Assembly (NCBI GenBank): GCA_951406725.2
Contig: OX597821.1
Location: 84,320,001-84,384,000 of the forward strand
Reading direction: 5' to 3'
Origin: Octopus vulgaris
Lineage: Eukaryota
DNA length: 64,000 nucleotides
In this document: one piece after another, positions 1 to 14,130 of the stretch
Layout: the number at the start of each line of letters is the position of its first letter
Numbering within the stretch: position 1 is the first letter of the stretch
Program-made: the position numbers and the translations under genes
Notes under the pieces: model-generated
The model's input: only the letters and a program-made list of their open reading frames with translations
Database searches by the model: none
Told to the model about the DNA's origin: nothing

Positions 1-160
1 ATAAGTACCAATCTTAAAAAATAAGTATTGAGGTCAATTTGCTTGAATAAACCCATCCAGGTGGTGCCCCAGCATGGCTGCAGTCCAATGACTGAAACAA
101 GTAAAGGTAAAACACAAAATTCATTTTATAATTCTTTTACTAATACAGACCTATATTAGA

Positions 161-193
<33 letters not shown>

Positions 194-1080
194 GGCAACA
201 AGCTGGCAGAATCATTAGCACACTGGGTAAAATGCTTAGCAGTATTTCATCAATCTTTGCATTCTGATTTCAAATTCTGCCGAGGTTGACTTTGCCTTTC
301 ATCCTTTCAGGGTCAATAAATTAAGTACCAGTTGAGTACTGGGGTTGATCTAATTGACTAGCTCATTCCCCCAAATTTTCAGGCCTTGTGCCTAAAGTAG
401 AAAGGATTATTATTATTATTAAGGCAGTAAGGTGACAGAATCGATAGCATGACAGACAAAATGCTTAGTGGTATTTTGTCTGTCTTTACATTCTGAGTTC
501 AAACTCCGCCAAGGTCGATCCTTTCAGGGTTGATAAATTATGTACCAATGGAATACTGGGATTGATGTAATTGGCTAGTCCCCTACCCCCAAATTCCAGG
601 CCTTGTGCCTTTAGTAGAAAGGATTATTATTATTATAGATAGGCAGAATCATGACAGCTTGAGGCAAAAAGCCTTGTGGTATTTATTTTGGCTTCCTACA
701 TTCTAAGTTAAAATCCCACAACCATCAATTTTGCCTTTCATCTTTTAAGGACCAATAAAATAATATACCAGCCATGTACTGGGGTCGATGGGATCAACTA
801 GAAATCTATCCTGTTAAGTGCTGGCCTTGTCTACATTAGTAAATTACCAAAGGCAATAAATAAGTTGGCAGAATCCCTAAAAGATTTTGCGGGGGAGGGG
901 TGGTGCTACACAGAATTTCTTTCAGCTTTTTACATTTATTGATCAAATTCGACCAGGGTCAACTTGGCCTTCCATCCCTCTAGGGTCAATAAAATAAAGC
1001 ACCAGTCAAGTACTGTGGTCAATGGTATCAATTAACCCACTCCCCTTAAAATTGATAGCCTTGTGCCAAAATTTGAAACC
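194..1080 (+). mobile_element. Head-to-tail cluster of ~4 SINE copies (Nin/Deu-domain-like), the first ones separated by (ATT)n
   Basis: Repeated unit gctggcagaatc-ttagca...gagttcaaattc...gcctttcatcctttcagggtc-ataaa-taagtaccag...aaaggattattatt. B-box-like gagttcaaat; central motif resembles the Nin/Deu SINE domain. Confidence 0.7.
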
Positions 1081-2547
1081 TTAAAAAAAATTTCCATTTT
1101 TTTTTTCGCATGGTTTCTACAACTGAATGACTTTCCTAACACCTACCGTTTTACTGAGAGTACTGAACACACTGTATTATGGTTCCAATACTCCTTCAAA
1201 TCCCATTATAGTAAAACTAGAAAAACACACTGAATAATGTAGCCCTAGATATACTGTACCTAAACAAAAGAGGAAATGGTTTGATTGGAAGAAGGCTGAT
1301 CAAACTGTCGAATCTGACCTGTGGCTAAATAACCAAACAACAATGTAGTCATCAATGTACCTTAGTAGACATATCTAACCTATACAAGTCTATTATTGGT
1401 CACTGTAGTTCAGGAAATCCTTTATCCAATAGATTCGTGGTTAAAGACATTTCAACCATTTTAAACTTACTTTTTTTTTCTTTTTTTAAGGTAATGTCCA
1501 TCAAACCTAATGTATACTACTCTTTAAAACTCTTCTGAGTTGGGGAAGGTTCAGCTGCAACGTGTAGCAGCCTTATTCTTCTTCATTAGCTCAACAGAAA
1601 CAAAGAACTCTTAAAATGAAATAATTCATTCAATTTTCTACACCCAAAGAGGATCTCCTTAACTCTCAAAATCACAGATCATTTAAACTTTCCTTACACA
1701 AGCATGGCTTCTTAATCATTTTAATATACACATTTGACAGTCTTAAATATACCAACACAAGCATGGCCCCCTTACATATCCCACCATCCTACCTACACGC
1801 TTACCCCACCAACAAACACACAAGTGTGACCTCCTTCAATCTCATCGCACAAGATTTAACCTTTCACTCTGCCTTTAGTTCATGGAATCACCCCAAAAGT
1901 CAATGCCTTTCCTTTGAAGTTTTACTTTATTCTTACTCACTCTCTTAATCATTTTAACCAAATGTAAATTCCACTGTTTTGCGTATGTTTGTGTATGGAT
2001 CTATTTTATGTGTACGAAAGAGAAACAGGATGCAACTGCCTGAAGGTGGTAGGGATATGGAAGCTGGTTACAGTGGTAACTGAACTCTTTGTGATCGGAT
2101 TCACAGGCAGCTAGCATTACAGTGAAAAACCTTTAGAAAGACGCAGAGACTTAATTAGGCTGTTATTAAAGACATCCTCGGCTAAAGTTACACTAAATGC
2201 AATCCAACATGGAAGCTATCAAGACAATTAACTCATAACAAAGTAATGTGTTTTGCCGCCTCAAGTCACTTTTAAATGGAAGCTGCTGTGCTGCTAAAGT
2301 TATCAATAAATATATATATAAAAAAAATACAAAACAAGAAAATAAAAAAAAAAACATCACCGAAAATAGATTCTAGAGTTAGGCAATGAAATTCAGATCT
2401 TACGTATTGTGTAGAAATGGAGGTATTGTTGAAAGACCAAGTTCTGAAACCCATGTGGGGATTTCTTGGATGAGACACTGCTTAAGTGACACGGTTTATC
2501 AACTTGCATTTAAAATGACATGAAAACCTTAAGAAAATTATTTATAA

Positions 2548-2580
<33 letters not shown>

Positions 2581-2614
2581 GATATAATTTATATATATAT
2601 ATTTGCATATTTCC

Positions 2615-2662
<48 letters not shown>

Positions 2663-2867
2663 TATAATATGCACACAATGTGTGTGCATACGTATGCAGA
2701 TTTACACATGTAGACACAAATATATATATTTTTTCGAAATGGGAGTGTTTAATGTATTATAACTAAAATACACACACACACAGGCACACAAACAAACACA
2801 GAGTTGAAAAGATTACAAAAGTTCATCTGAGGAGTGGAGAAAGCCTTTACTGCTGACAAGATCAAAT

Positions 2868-3320
2868 TTACACATGTACATATATACAAACACGCACACA
2901 TTTAGATAATCTAAGCTGGAAATATGCATCCACTGGTAGAAAGGAACATAGCCAGCTATTAGCACTGGCATGCACACACACACATGCATGCATGCACACA
3001 TGCATGCATGCACATGTGTAAATACACCCATATCCATATATGGAACCCAGACTTGCATGCAGATACATGTACTGATGCAAGTGCACATGCAAATGTGTAT
3101 GTGTGCACTCCAGCATACAAGTGCACAGGCAGACACAATCATATGCATTAACTGAGACAAACACACATACACATGCATGGACTGAGGCAGACATCAGTGC
3201 ATAAATGAACAGACTAGTAGACACATGGACAAGCAGACAGACAGGCTGACACATACACAGACCAAGATAGATAGATAGAGCAAAGCAGACAGACACACAC
3301 ACTCTGTCACACCACACAAA
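2868..3320. repeat. Degenerate (CA)/(CATG)/(CAGA) low-complexity tract
   Basis: Alternating purine-pyrimidine runs (cacacatgcatgcatg, agacagacac); produces spurious C/V/H-rich ORFs. Confidence 0.8.
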
Positions 3321-4939
3321 GACTGTTCAAAGACACATCACGCGATAGGCTGGCTCTACTGTCCGGTGGATATATCTAAAAATATTAGCTTTCCCTTGCC
3401 ACTGCATTGGTGTTCTGTAGCACAGCTCACCAATTAACACAGAAATTAAGAGAAAGGACAGCTCTATCATGTATATTGTTTAATTCAGAGGATACTGTGT
3501 GGTTCTCAACTATGAACAATAGATCGGCAAAGAATACCAAGACGTTTGAACAGAGCTGACCCGGGATAAACAACAAGTTGGAACTTTAAATGGCTCTAAA
3601 GAAAATCAGCCCACTCATGACAGTATACTCTTTTTACTCTTTTACTTGTTTCAGTCATTTGACTGTGGCCATGCTGGAGCACCACCTTTATAATGGGAAA
3701 AATAGTATGGGAAAAAATTAACATAAAACGGGAAAAAATAAGATAAAAAGAGGGAAAAAAATGGTCGATTGTTAGTAACTTTCTTGATGGCTCTTTCTTG
3801 ACTACAACTAAAAAGGCTAAATCCAGATAAATATGTTTTTGCTCAAAATGTGTGAGCAGGAGAGAGAGAGAGAGCTGAGTAAAATGTTGCTTGTTTATTC
3901 CTTCAGCACTCAATGGTACAGTCAAATGTAATGATTACTTATATATTCACATTGTTTTGAATTAATCCTGCATTATTTCCTAGCTTTGAGATTTCAATGA
4001 TGGAACTGTTGACTTTTTAGAATGGACATTATAGGGAAGGTGTGGGTGTGAGTGGCCAAATCTGGCCAGTTTGAACATAGATCAAGTAGAATACTTGGGC
4101 TGGATATGGCCAGTTTAAATGCCCCTTGTCCAGCACACTTAAGATCGAAAGTATTCCATAAAAACTCTTCCACCTTGTTAATATCCCAAGGACAACACAT
4201 TTTAAAATGATAGGGAGTAATCTGAGGGAGATTTGACTGCTGTTTCTAGCAAGAAGCTACATCACTGGCTCAGAGTAAAATGTTTATTATACAATAGACG
4301 AGAGTTGGGAAGATCAAAGAATACAAGAATGACAAAAGAAAAACGAGCCAAGTCTATCCAATTTACTCTCTAGCCGCCACCCCACCCCACCTCCAAGTCA
4401 GGAGTATGATAATGTCCAGTGTGAATGAAAAAAAAGTGTGTTAATGTATGAAAAGATCAGCAAAGGTCAGTAATCAGCTATCCAGAGCAGAGTAACCAGC
4501 AACTATATAATTTTCCACTCATTAAACCAGTTACTTAACAAAAGAAACTCGGTCTACAACCAATCTTCTTCTTACATTGGCTCTTAAAACATTCCTGGTT
4601 CAAATCACCATATTCTACCTCTTCATTATTTCTTTTTACACTCTAAAACAAGTAAAAGAAAAGAAAAACAGTAACGTTCCTCTGTTGGTGTTTAGCACTA
4701 GGTCAGCCTTGATCCACCAGGTCTAATGACCGATACTGTTCCAGTTGAGATCTTTCTATTTCTTTTATGAGTATCAAAGACTACACTATTCTTTGTGTCC
4801 TTTTTTTTTTAAGGTGGTAGAATTTGGTTTGAGGGGAGATTTATAGACTATTTATAACAGGTTGAGCAACCACATAGAAGCTCCCCCAGTTGGTTTGTAA
4901 GGCTCCCCTTTTTAGATATGGTGAGCATATCATTCTTAT

Positions 4940-5528
4940 AACTGTTTCACATGATCTCGTCCAGTGCCAGAGTATTGCTGACTTGTGAGTTTATGTCAAA
5001 ACACTTGCTATCACGTGTAGAATGGATCTGTCTATCAGCTAAGTTCATTATGAAGATGGTCATGCCTCCTTCCTTTCGCTGTGGAGGGCAGGTGGTGTTC
5101 ATTTGTCTGGTAGTCTCAGTGAAAGAGGTTGTGTAGCAGACCAGATTGAAAGGGCTGAATACAGACACATTTCTCATCAACTTGAAAAAGTTTCACTTGA
5201 AAGGAAAATGAGAGTAGAGAGGGTAAGTGCTGTCTCCCAGCAATTTCATTGAAAGGAGGGTGAATGCGACAAGAATGGTCCAAGTAAACAGGTGTGCTGT
5301 AAGCATGTCCCTGTAGATTGAAGGAAGATGTGGAAGGGGCACTTACCCAAGTGGCCAGGGCAATTGTGGTTTTGTGGGGTTTTCACAAGCAACCCCTGGC
5401 AGTCTCCCTCTCTTAGAGAACCATTTTCAGTTAGAATTTATATTGTTTTACTACTTTTTATATGCTTCTTTATGTAAGCCCACATTGTATTGAGTTGTAA
5501 CATTCTTGTGAACCCTCAGTGGTGAATA

Positions 5529-5555
<27 letters not shown>
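4940..5555 (+). mobile_element. Decayed 3' end of an L1/Tx1-type LINE
   Basis: Broken frames read TVSHDLVQCQSIADL*VYVK (tail of an ETxxHxxxxC zinc motif) and GQVVFICLVVSVKEVV*QTRLKG; ends in aataaa + (TAT)n. Confidence 0.55.
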
Positions 5556-5562
<7 letters not shown>

Positions 5563-5915
5563 TCCGCCTCAGTGAAGGCAGGGGTATTGTTTTCAGTCGT
5601 GTTTGTTTGTCCATGGAAAGATATCTCAAGAATCGCTGGATGGATTTGGGTGAAACTTTCAGATGTTTGGCCTCATGACTAGCATGAAATAATTAGATTT
5701 TCGGATCAATCTGGTACTGGACAAGGATTCTGGATTATTTTTCCTGTTTTTTTACTTAATTTTTGAGAGTGGTCAGGTTCCTTTTTAGTATTCTCATTTG
5801 TGAGAGCAGTCAAGTTTATTCCAGATATTCTCATTTTAAAAATCATCTCTGGCTAATAGTTGAGAGGATGTTGGTGTTGCTTTGGCGGAGGTTTGTGATC
5901 TCTGAGTGCTCTTAT
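5556..5915 (+). mobile_element. Helentron-associated non-autonomous element (HINE/DINE-1-like)
   Basis: 5' ttattaCCTCCGCC, internal gtttgtttgt microsatellite, 3' subterminal inverted GGCGGAGG (5884-5891) followed by gatctctgagtgc hairpin remnant; lies within (TTA)n. Confidence 0.65.
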
Positions 5916-6409
5916 TATTATCATTATTATTATTATTATAAAAATCATCATCATTTAAGGTGGAAGCTGGCAGTGACCTTACCTTTCATTCTTTCAGGGT
6001 TTGTGAAATAAGTACCAGTGAAAAACTGGGGACCTTATAATCAACTTCCGCTCACAAAATTTCAGACCTAATGTCTATATTAAAAAGGATTATTATTATT
6101 ATTATCATCATTCAAGGTATTCATAACTATTTTGTATATATTTTATCCATTACTTAAACTGCAGCCATATGGGGGCACTGCTTTGAAGGGTTTCAAACTA
6201 ATCAATCTGATTATTTTTTTAAGTTTGGCGATTATTCCATCAATCTCTTTTGCTGAAACACTAAGTTACAGTGATGTAAACAAAACAACATCAGCTGTCA
6301 AGCGGTGGAGAAGCGATAAACAAACACAATGACACACATATGCGATGAGCTTCAGCACAGTTTCCAATCTACCAAATTCACAACTGGCTTGACTAAGGTA
6401 AAGAAAAAA

Positions 6410-6655
6410 AAGGACCTTCTTGAGTCATACTGACTCTTTATGGCCGGTTTCCCTGTTGCCAAGGTGTATTTATTCCCTACCTGGACGGGACAAGAGTCTG
6501 TCACAGGATTATTCATTTTTGCCAGCTGAGTGGACTGAAGCAACGTGAAATGAAGTGTTTTGCTCAAGAACACAACGCATCGCCCAGTCCAAGAATAGAA
6601 ACCACAATCTTATGCTCGTGGGTCCAATGCCCTAACCACTAAGCCACACGCCTCC
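6410..6655 (-). mobile_element. tRNA-derived SINE nested in an older SINE
   Basis: Reverse strand begins ggcgtgtggcttagtggttagggc (A box), then ttcttgagcaaaacacttcatttcacgttgc...gtcccgtccagg. Confidence 0.65.
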
Positions 6656-7079
6656 CCAAGGTGCAGCACAATGACATGAAACCCAAAACCAAGTGGTAGC
6701 AAAATCAAACTTGGTTAGACTGTACTATACTGACGAGGCTTAAAAGATGATATCATAAGTCATAGCTGTCCCATGTTTACACAGATCAGACTGTCCTTTC
6801 TCTAAGCAAATAAATTCAGTTGAAAATCTGAAAAATAATTAAATCCTCAAAACTATCTTCCTCCTTTCTGCTGCTAGATTATTTTAGTTTTCTCCAACAA
6901 AGGGGGAAAATTTCAATGTAAAAAACATTTGCATAAGGCATTCAATGCTTCACCCTTTAAATTAATTACACTTTATAAACCTCTTAATAAGCTACTGTAT
7001 CTCTGCAACATTTATCTCCTCAATAAAATATGTATTTCTTTAGATTAAAACACAAAAAAAAAAAAAACCTGTTGGTTCA

Positions 7080-7489
7080 TACTCTTTTTACTCTTACTTG
7101 TTTCAGTCATTTGACTGCGGCCATGCTGGAGCACCGCCTTTAGTCGAGCAAATCGACCCCGGAATTTATTCTTTGTAAGCCCAGCACTTATTCTATCGGT
7201 CTCTTTTTGCCGAACCGCTAAGTGACAGGGACGTAAACACACCAGCATCGGTTGTCAAGCAATGCTAGGGGGACAAACACAGAGACACAAACACATACAC
7301 ACACACACATATATATACATATATACGACAGGCTTCTTTCAGTTTCCGTCTACCAAATCCACTCACAAGGCATTGGTCGGCCCAGGGCTATGGCAGAAGA
7401 CACTTGCCCAAGATGCCACACAGTGGGACTGAACCCGGGACCATGTAGTTGGTTAGCAAGCTACTTACCACACAGCCACTCCTGCGCCT
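7080..7489 (-). mobile_element. Full-length young tRNA-derived SINE (family 1)
   Basis: Reverse strand ggcgcaggagtggctgtgtggtaag (A box)...gggttcagtccc (B box)...internal (AT/GT)n...acaagtaagagtaaaaagagta tail; many near-identical copies in window. Confidence 0.9.
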
Positions 7490-10400
7490 GTGGTAATTTC
7501 ATGGTAATTTTTTTCAAGTATCTATTTAATGCTAAATGATGGAAGAGAAACAAATAGTCCTAAAGAGATGTTGCCAGACTATGGAAGATACAAGATATAT
7601 ATATAATACATAGTGTGTGTAGTAGTAGTAGTATTTAATCTCACAAGATTCCAAACAAGGGACCCGATAGAAAAAAAAAAAAAGGCCTCCAATTTGGATA
7701 TGAAGCTGTAATATGCAGACGCAGAAGGGAATGAGGGAGAGAATGAGACGGTGTGCAAATATGAGACAGCCAGAACACAAGTAAGAGGGAGTAAATAAAA
7801 CACAAGGCAGGACACACACGAGTGCATAGATGAAATAGAAAGAAAGAAAAAAAAAACAAAAAGCAATGTATGCATCAAAGACAGAAAGGATGTGAAAATG
7901 AAAAAGTGAGAGTGGAGAGTAAGTATGCCTGCATGAGCGAAGGAGAGAGAGAGAGAGTGAAAGGGGGGAGAGCTGGAAAACAAAAATTAAAAAAATGTCG
8001 GATAGTGAGAGAGAGGAGAGAGTGAAAAAAGTGTAAATTCACACAGGAGCTAAAGAGCATGAAAGTGAGTACACATCCGCACACCAAGTACATGTGGATG
8101 AATATGTATGCGAACAAGAACACGAGACTGCGTGACAGCATGCATGATTGCATGTTCAATCATGCATGTTTTCCCATGGATTTGCTTCTGTACAGTAAGA
8201 GCCCCGAACGCAGATATTTCACTGAACATTGAACCTTTAGCAAGACAATTACATTTCAATGTTAATTTAGTGAATGCTCTGCTGAACTCGGAGATTAAGG
8301 GGGTGAGTTGTATTTCAGAGACATTGTCACCATATTTTTATGGCTCTTCACACTGCCTGGACTCTATCAAATGCTCCCTTAATCCTGTACACATTTTGCT
8401 CGGTCTTTGAACAGCTTCTCAATGAAACATCCCCTTAAAACACACTAACCTCCACTTCCAGATTAACTTCCACTAATCTCATCCATTGGACACAAGGATC
8501 AGATTGAAACAATGAAGAGAGAGAGGGGGGGAGGGAGGGAGAGAGACTTAAACCATGTTAAAAACAGGGTTGTTTTCCTTTTATTTGCTTTTCGTTTCAT
8601 CATACATTCAAAAGTGACAATTACATGCTAAAAATAAACTGAAACAAACAAACAAAAAAAAAATTTAGAAATTCAAAATTTCCAGCAACAATAAAATAAA
8701 TCAAGAAATAAATGAAAGCAACATGAAAATAAAACAAGTCTTTAGCGTAATTGAAGTCGCCAACAACCATGATCAAACATAAAGGACGCTTTAAAAAAAA
8801 AATTAAAATAAAACAGTTTTCACTTCAAACCAACAAACACAAAACAAAATTAAAAACTATGTTGACATTACAATTTATACACTCACATGCCCACTTGATA
8901 CTTATAAAAATTATGACTGCAAAATATTATGAAAGTTCAATAATACATCAAAGATATAAACATCCAGATCTTCATAATATATTTGTAAATATTGAGTAAT
9001 AAATCAAAACGTGCCACATGAAGTGTACAATATAGTTGCAACCCAGTTGTGTCAAGCGCTTATATACAAGGACTTCCTTTATAAACTCTATGATGATCCA
9101 CTGCTTTAATCAAATCGAGGGGATCCAGAACTATCTGTTACCTTTTACTTGTTTCAGTTACTGGACTGCACCCATATTGGGGCAAACACTTTGAAGGGTT
9201 TCGGTCGAACAAATTTACCCCAGGACACATTGTATCAGTCTCGTGTGCTGACTGCTAAGTTACAGAGATATAAGCAATCACTGGTTGTCAAATGGTGAGA
9301 GGCAAACATAATGATAAACATACTCTCACACACGTATATAATGGGCATCTTTCAGTTTCCAGCTACTAAATCCACCCACAAGGCTTAAGACTATAGAAGA
9401 CAATTGTTCAGGGTACCATGTAGAGGGACTGATCCCAAAACCATGTGGTTGGGAAGCAAGTGTCTTACCACACAGCCATGCCTGAAAGCACAAACACTAT
9501 ATCAAGAAAACATCGTTACACCTCCTCTCACTCAATCATGAGCAGCATTCAAAAATCTGTCCAACTGTTGGGTTCTATCACCACCAAAGAACTCTAAGAG
9601 AAAGCACTTCCTTAAGATAAGGACTACATTCCAATGACTGGCCCTTCTGTTCAGGGCCCATAGATACTTCAGCTTCAACTATTGATGCTCTACAGAAAAC
9701 AGAATATAGAATCCATGTATTCTCTTCTTCAGCAAGAGGCTTGGTCCTGTCCCACCATACTTTTGCATTCTTCAATATTATACCCCACTCAGTTGAGGAG
9801 TCTTGTCTTGTGAGTACTTGGTGACTTCACTAGTGCTGATGCCACCAAAAAAACAGCTTGGAACATTTTGTAAAGTGGTTGAACTCATGAAGGGCATACA
9901 GCTGTAAAAAAAATCATGCCAAAACAGATGTTGTTCAGGGAAGTCCTCTGGCTTGTTGGTTTCTGTCATACAATGCAGCCCATGCCGGCAGGGGAAACAG
10001 GGCATTCAACAAGGATGGTGATGAACTGAGCTACTGTGAGTAGGCAAAGAGAGCATAAGTACTAGAAACAGGGTACAAACTTTTGACCCTTTCAGCAGTA
10101 GGCCAACATCTTAATGATTGATTAGCAGTGAGCTGTCCATCTGTTTAGACTTGATAACATATGTCCTTGTGTCCAAGTTTTTAGATAAGGGTTACCATAT
10201 CCTTGCACATAATGGGACAACGAAAAGGTTTAGCCTTAGAAAGGACATCAAGTTAATTGATTATACTGCTCTGTGTGGGCTTGAGAAAATATTATTTTAA
10301 CATTGTATCACATCATTGTCATAATCACATTCCTGACCAAAAAAAGAGAAAGAAAAGAAACTCAATCCTGTCCAATTCTCCTCAGACTTATACTATATAA

Positions 10401-11281
10401 ATACTTGCTTTTGTTTTAGTCAGAGTGCAATGACATTATAAGTGAGAGGAAGCTAACCAATCAAGACTAAGAAATAGTAGTTATATTTATCAAGACACAA
10501 AAACACTTTGCTTTTCATTAAGTGAAAAAAAAAATGATAGTAGTTGAACTCAGAGTTTTGTTAGATAGGTTAGATATCAAAGATAAATCTAAATAACCAA
10601 TTATATGCTTCAACGTAGATCAAAGCTCTTTAATCTTTACAGAATATGTCATTATGACAAGGACCACTGTTGCCTGTAACTGCCAAAATAATAAAATGAA
10701 AAAAGAAAAACACCTTGGGGGTGTGTACATTCACACTTGGTTTAATCTGAGGTCTTAAATGAACTCATAATTCAGGTCCTGTGAAGAAACTACTCAAGCG
10801 TAGAATGTGGAAATCAGTAGAGAGAGAAAGAGAATTATATTTGCATTTATATGATGATCCATTGTGATTAAGCATCCAGTTGCACTTGGCACATCCAATG
10901 CAGAGTTCAAAACCAACCACAATGGTGAAACATGTGTAGGAACCAACTATATAAACTTGTGTTTATAGTAATTTCTATTACACTTGCTCTGTATATCATC
11001 ATAACTAGTAACACTACTAAGTATAGCAGATGCTTAACCACTACACAGGAAGCAGACAGGAGTGTGATGAGCTATGTGGTGCTCTAAATCTAACATTAGC
11101 AGCCACACATCTATTTGTACACAGAAGATACAACACACATACATACATATATAAACACACACACACTCAAAATGAAGGGACACACTTTAAATACAAGTAA
11201 CTAGGAGTGGAACAAGAATTGGTAAGTACTCACACCCTCATAAATGACAAATAAAATGTGCCCCATTATTATGAGATGCCC

Positions 11282-11331
<50 letters not shown>

Positions 11332-11815
11332 CACTCTTATTTGTTTCAGTCATTTGACTGCGGCCATGCTGGAGCACCGCCTTTTATATATATATATGTA
11401 TATATGCTTCACTCAAAGAATATTTATCCAGCAATGCGGTGTTGAGTATTCATTCTCACTTTTCAATATTAATGTGTGTGTGTATGTATATATACACATA
11501 CATATATTACGTATATATAGGCACAAGCATGGTTGTGTGGCAAGAAGCAAGTGGTTTCTACTATAGCCTCGAGCTGACCAAAGCCTTGAGTGGATTTGGT
11601 AGATAAAAACTGAAAGAAACCCGTTGTATGTGTATGTATGTAAATATATTTGTGTGTGCATGTGTATCTTTGTGTCTGTGTTTGTCTCCCACTACCGTTT
11701 GACAATCGTTGTTGGTTTGTTTACATCCCTGTAACTTAACAGTTTGGCAAAGAGACCGATAGAATATTAGGCTTAAAAAAAAAAAAAGTCCTGGGCTCGA
11801 TTTGTTCAACTAAAC

Positions 11816-12138
11816 CAGTAGTTCTCAACCAGGGTCCATATAAGATTTTTCGGGGTCCACACAAGCAAATTAGCAAATTGGGGACCCACAGTTGTATTTT
11901 AAGGACCCCTGAAAAAATTTTTGCGCTAGATGTATGTATTGCAAGAAACAGAAAAGTTTCTTTCTCTAACATTTTACATAGTTCAACCTACACAAGTGAA
12001 ATGTGTGAAAAACAAAATAGGAATTTTGTAAGAGGTTTCTATAAAACTAGTTTTTAACCATTGAATGGCTATGGGAGTCTACCAGAATAAAATAGTAATT
12101 GAAGGGGTTCATAGATAAGAAATAGTTGAGAAACCCTG
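11816..12138. mobile_element. hAT (Charlie-like) MITE with 8-bp TSD, inserted in a family-1 SINE (11520-12210)
   Basis: Imperfect TIRs CAGTAGTTCTCAAC / GTTGAGAAACCCTG; direct repeat AACTAAAC at 11808-11815 and 12139-12146. Confidence 0.85.
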
Positions 12139-13358
12139 AACTAAACCCTTCAAGATGGTGCTCCAGCATGGCCATAGTCAAAGGAGTGAAACAAGTAAAA
12201 GAATAAAAGAATATATATATGACGGTTGCTTGACCTGATAGAGGTATTCTTCTATTTTATCTGTTTCAGTCATTTGACAGCCATGTTGGAGTACCGCCTT
12301 TAGTTGAACAAATCGACCCCAAGACTTATTCTTTGTAAACCTAGTATCTATTTTATCGGTCACTTTTGCCGAACTGCTCAGTTATGGGGACGTAAACACA
12401 CCAGCATCGGTTGTCAAGTGATGGTGGGGTGGGACAAAGAACAGACACACAAACACATACATACATATATGATGGGCTTCTTTCAGTCTCCACCTACCAA
12501 ATCCACTCACAAGGCTTTGGTCAACCCAAGGCTATAATAGAAGAAACTTGCCCAAGGTGCCACGTAGTGGGACCATGTGGTTGGTACGTAAGTTACTTAC
12601 CACACAGCCACTCCTGTGCCTATAAAGATAGCAGACAAAACTCACTCAAATTACCTCTTACTACCTAAAAGTAGGAAACACACATTACATAAAGCAGTGC
12701 TAGATACACTATGTCTGAGTAAGAGATGTGAAGGTTACAACTAAAACACATTTGATCATAGGTCTGCTCAATCAGGGCTGACCTGGGGCTAAATAATAAC
12801 CACTATCCCAGTCATATGACAACCCATAATACAACAGCCAGTCAAACAGTGCAGCACAAAGACAGCTGAAATACAAACCCACCCTATTGGGTCCCCTATA
12901 ATAATGATGACAGCAAGTACTGAAAAGTCAGACATTAGGGATGATACCAGTTCACCTTCCTCTACTGTTATGTCCCTTCTCTATAAAAGACAGCTCCTAA
13001 GGTCACTGACTAATGACTCCCACTTGCTTCTTTAAAACCTTTTCATACATTGCAACTACATACACATGAATAGACACATTCACATTAGCATAAACATGTT
13101 AATATATACTAGCATTACACACACACACACACACACTAGTATATACACTTGTATATGCATATATACATTCTTTCAGTTTCTCATTGAGTTTTGTCGCAGA
13201 ACTGAGTTTAGCTCATACCCTTCGGCCTGTTCTTAGTTTATTGATCTCTATATTGGACAGCTAGGTTAGAAAATATATTCACTTATAATACTGATGTTTA
13301 GAACTCAAACATATTACAGAAACACACACATACAGGTACATGCAACTTATGAAATTTT

Positions 13359-13392
<34 letters not shown>

Positions 13393-13414
13393 TATATATA
13401 TATATATACGTGCT

Positions 13415-13722
13415 GTGGGCACGTAACAAACACCATCCGATCGTGGCCGTGCCAGCCTCGCCTGGCCTCCGTGCCGGTGGCATGTAGAAAACACCATCCG
13501 AGCGTGGCCGTTCGCCAGCCTCGTCTGGCCCCTGTGTCGGTGGCACATAAAAAGCACCCACTACACTCACGGAGTGGTTGGCGTTAGGAAGGGCATCCAG
13601 CTGTAGAAACACTGCCAGATCTGACTGGCCTGGTGCAGCCTTCGGGCTTCCAAGACCCCAGTTGAACCGTCCAACCCATGCTAGCATGGAAAACGGACGT
13701 TAAACGATGATGATGATGATGA
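13415..13722 (+). mobile_element. SINE with RTE-like 3' tail and internal tandem units (family 3)
   Basis: ggttggcgttaggaagggcatccagctgtagaaac...gcatggaaaacggacgttaaacg(atg)n. Other copies: 18275-18650, 24365-24552(-), 29235-29670, 32520-32835, 33818-34100(-), 42656-42945(-), 48640-48838, 49818-50000(-), 51075-51265. Confidence 0.8.
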
Positions 13723-13736
13723 TATATATATATATA

Positions 13737-14095
13737 TGCCATGTAAAAGCACATAGCACACACTGTAAAGTGGTTGGTGTTAGGAAAGGCATCCAGTCAT
13801 AGAAACCATGTCTAACCGGACTGGAGCCTAGTGCAGCTCTCCAGCTCTGGTCAAACCATTGAAAACATGCCAGCATAGCAAATGGACATTAGATAATTAT
13901 ATATATATATCAAAATAAGCAACAAGGATATCCAGAGATAATGCAGTACGATCGTTTCAAACAACTCCATTTAATCGAACAATGCAATCATTACATCCAC
14001 CTGTTTTAATTTAATAAAATTCTATGTCTTTATGCAACTGAGGATTGCTCTGCATTTAATTTGATTTTAATCACCTTATTTTGAAATTGTATGGA

Positions 14096-14130
<35 letters not shown>

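Noticed and set aside
7045-7539. Recurrent ORFs such as [36 protein letters not shown]
   Set aside because: Chance frames within SINE copies, repeated throughout the window.
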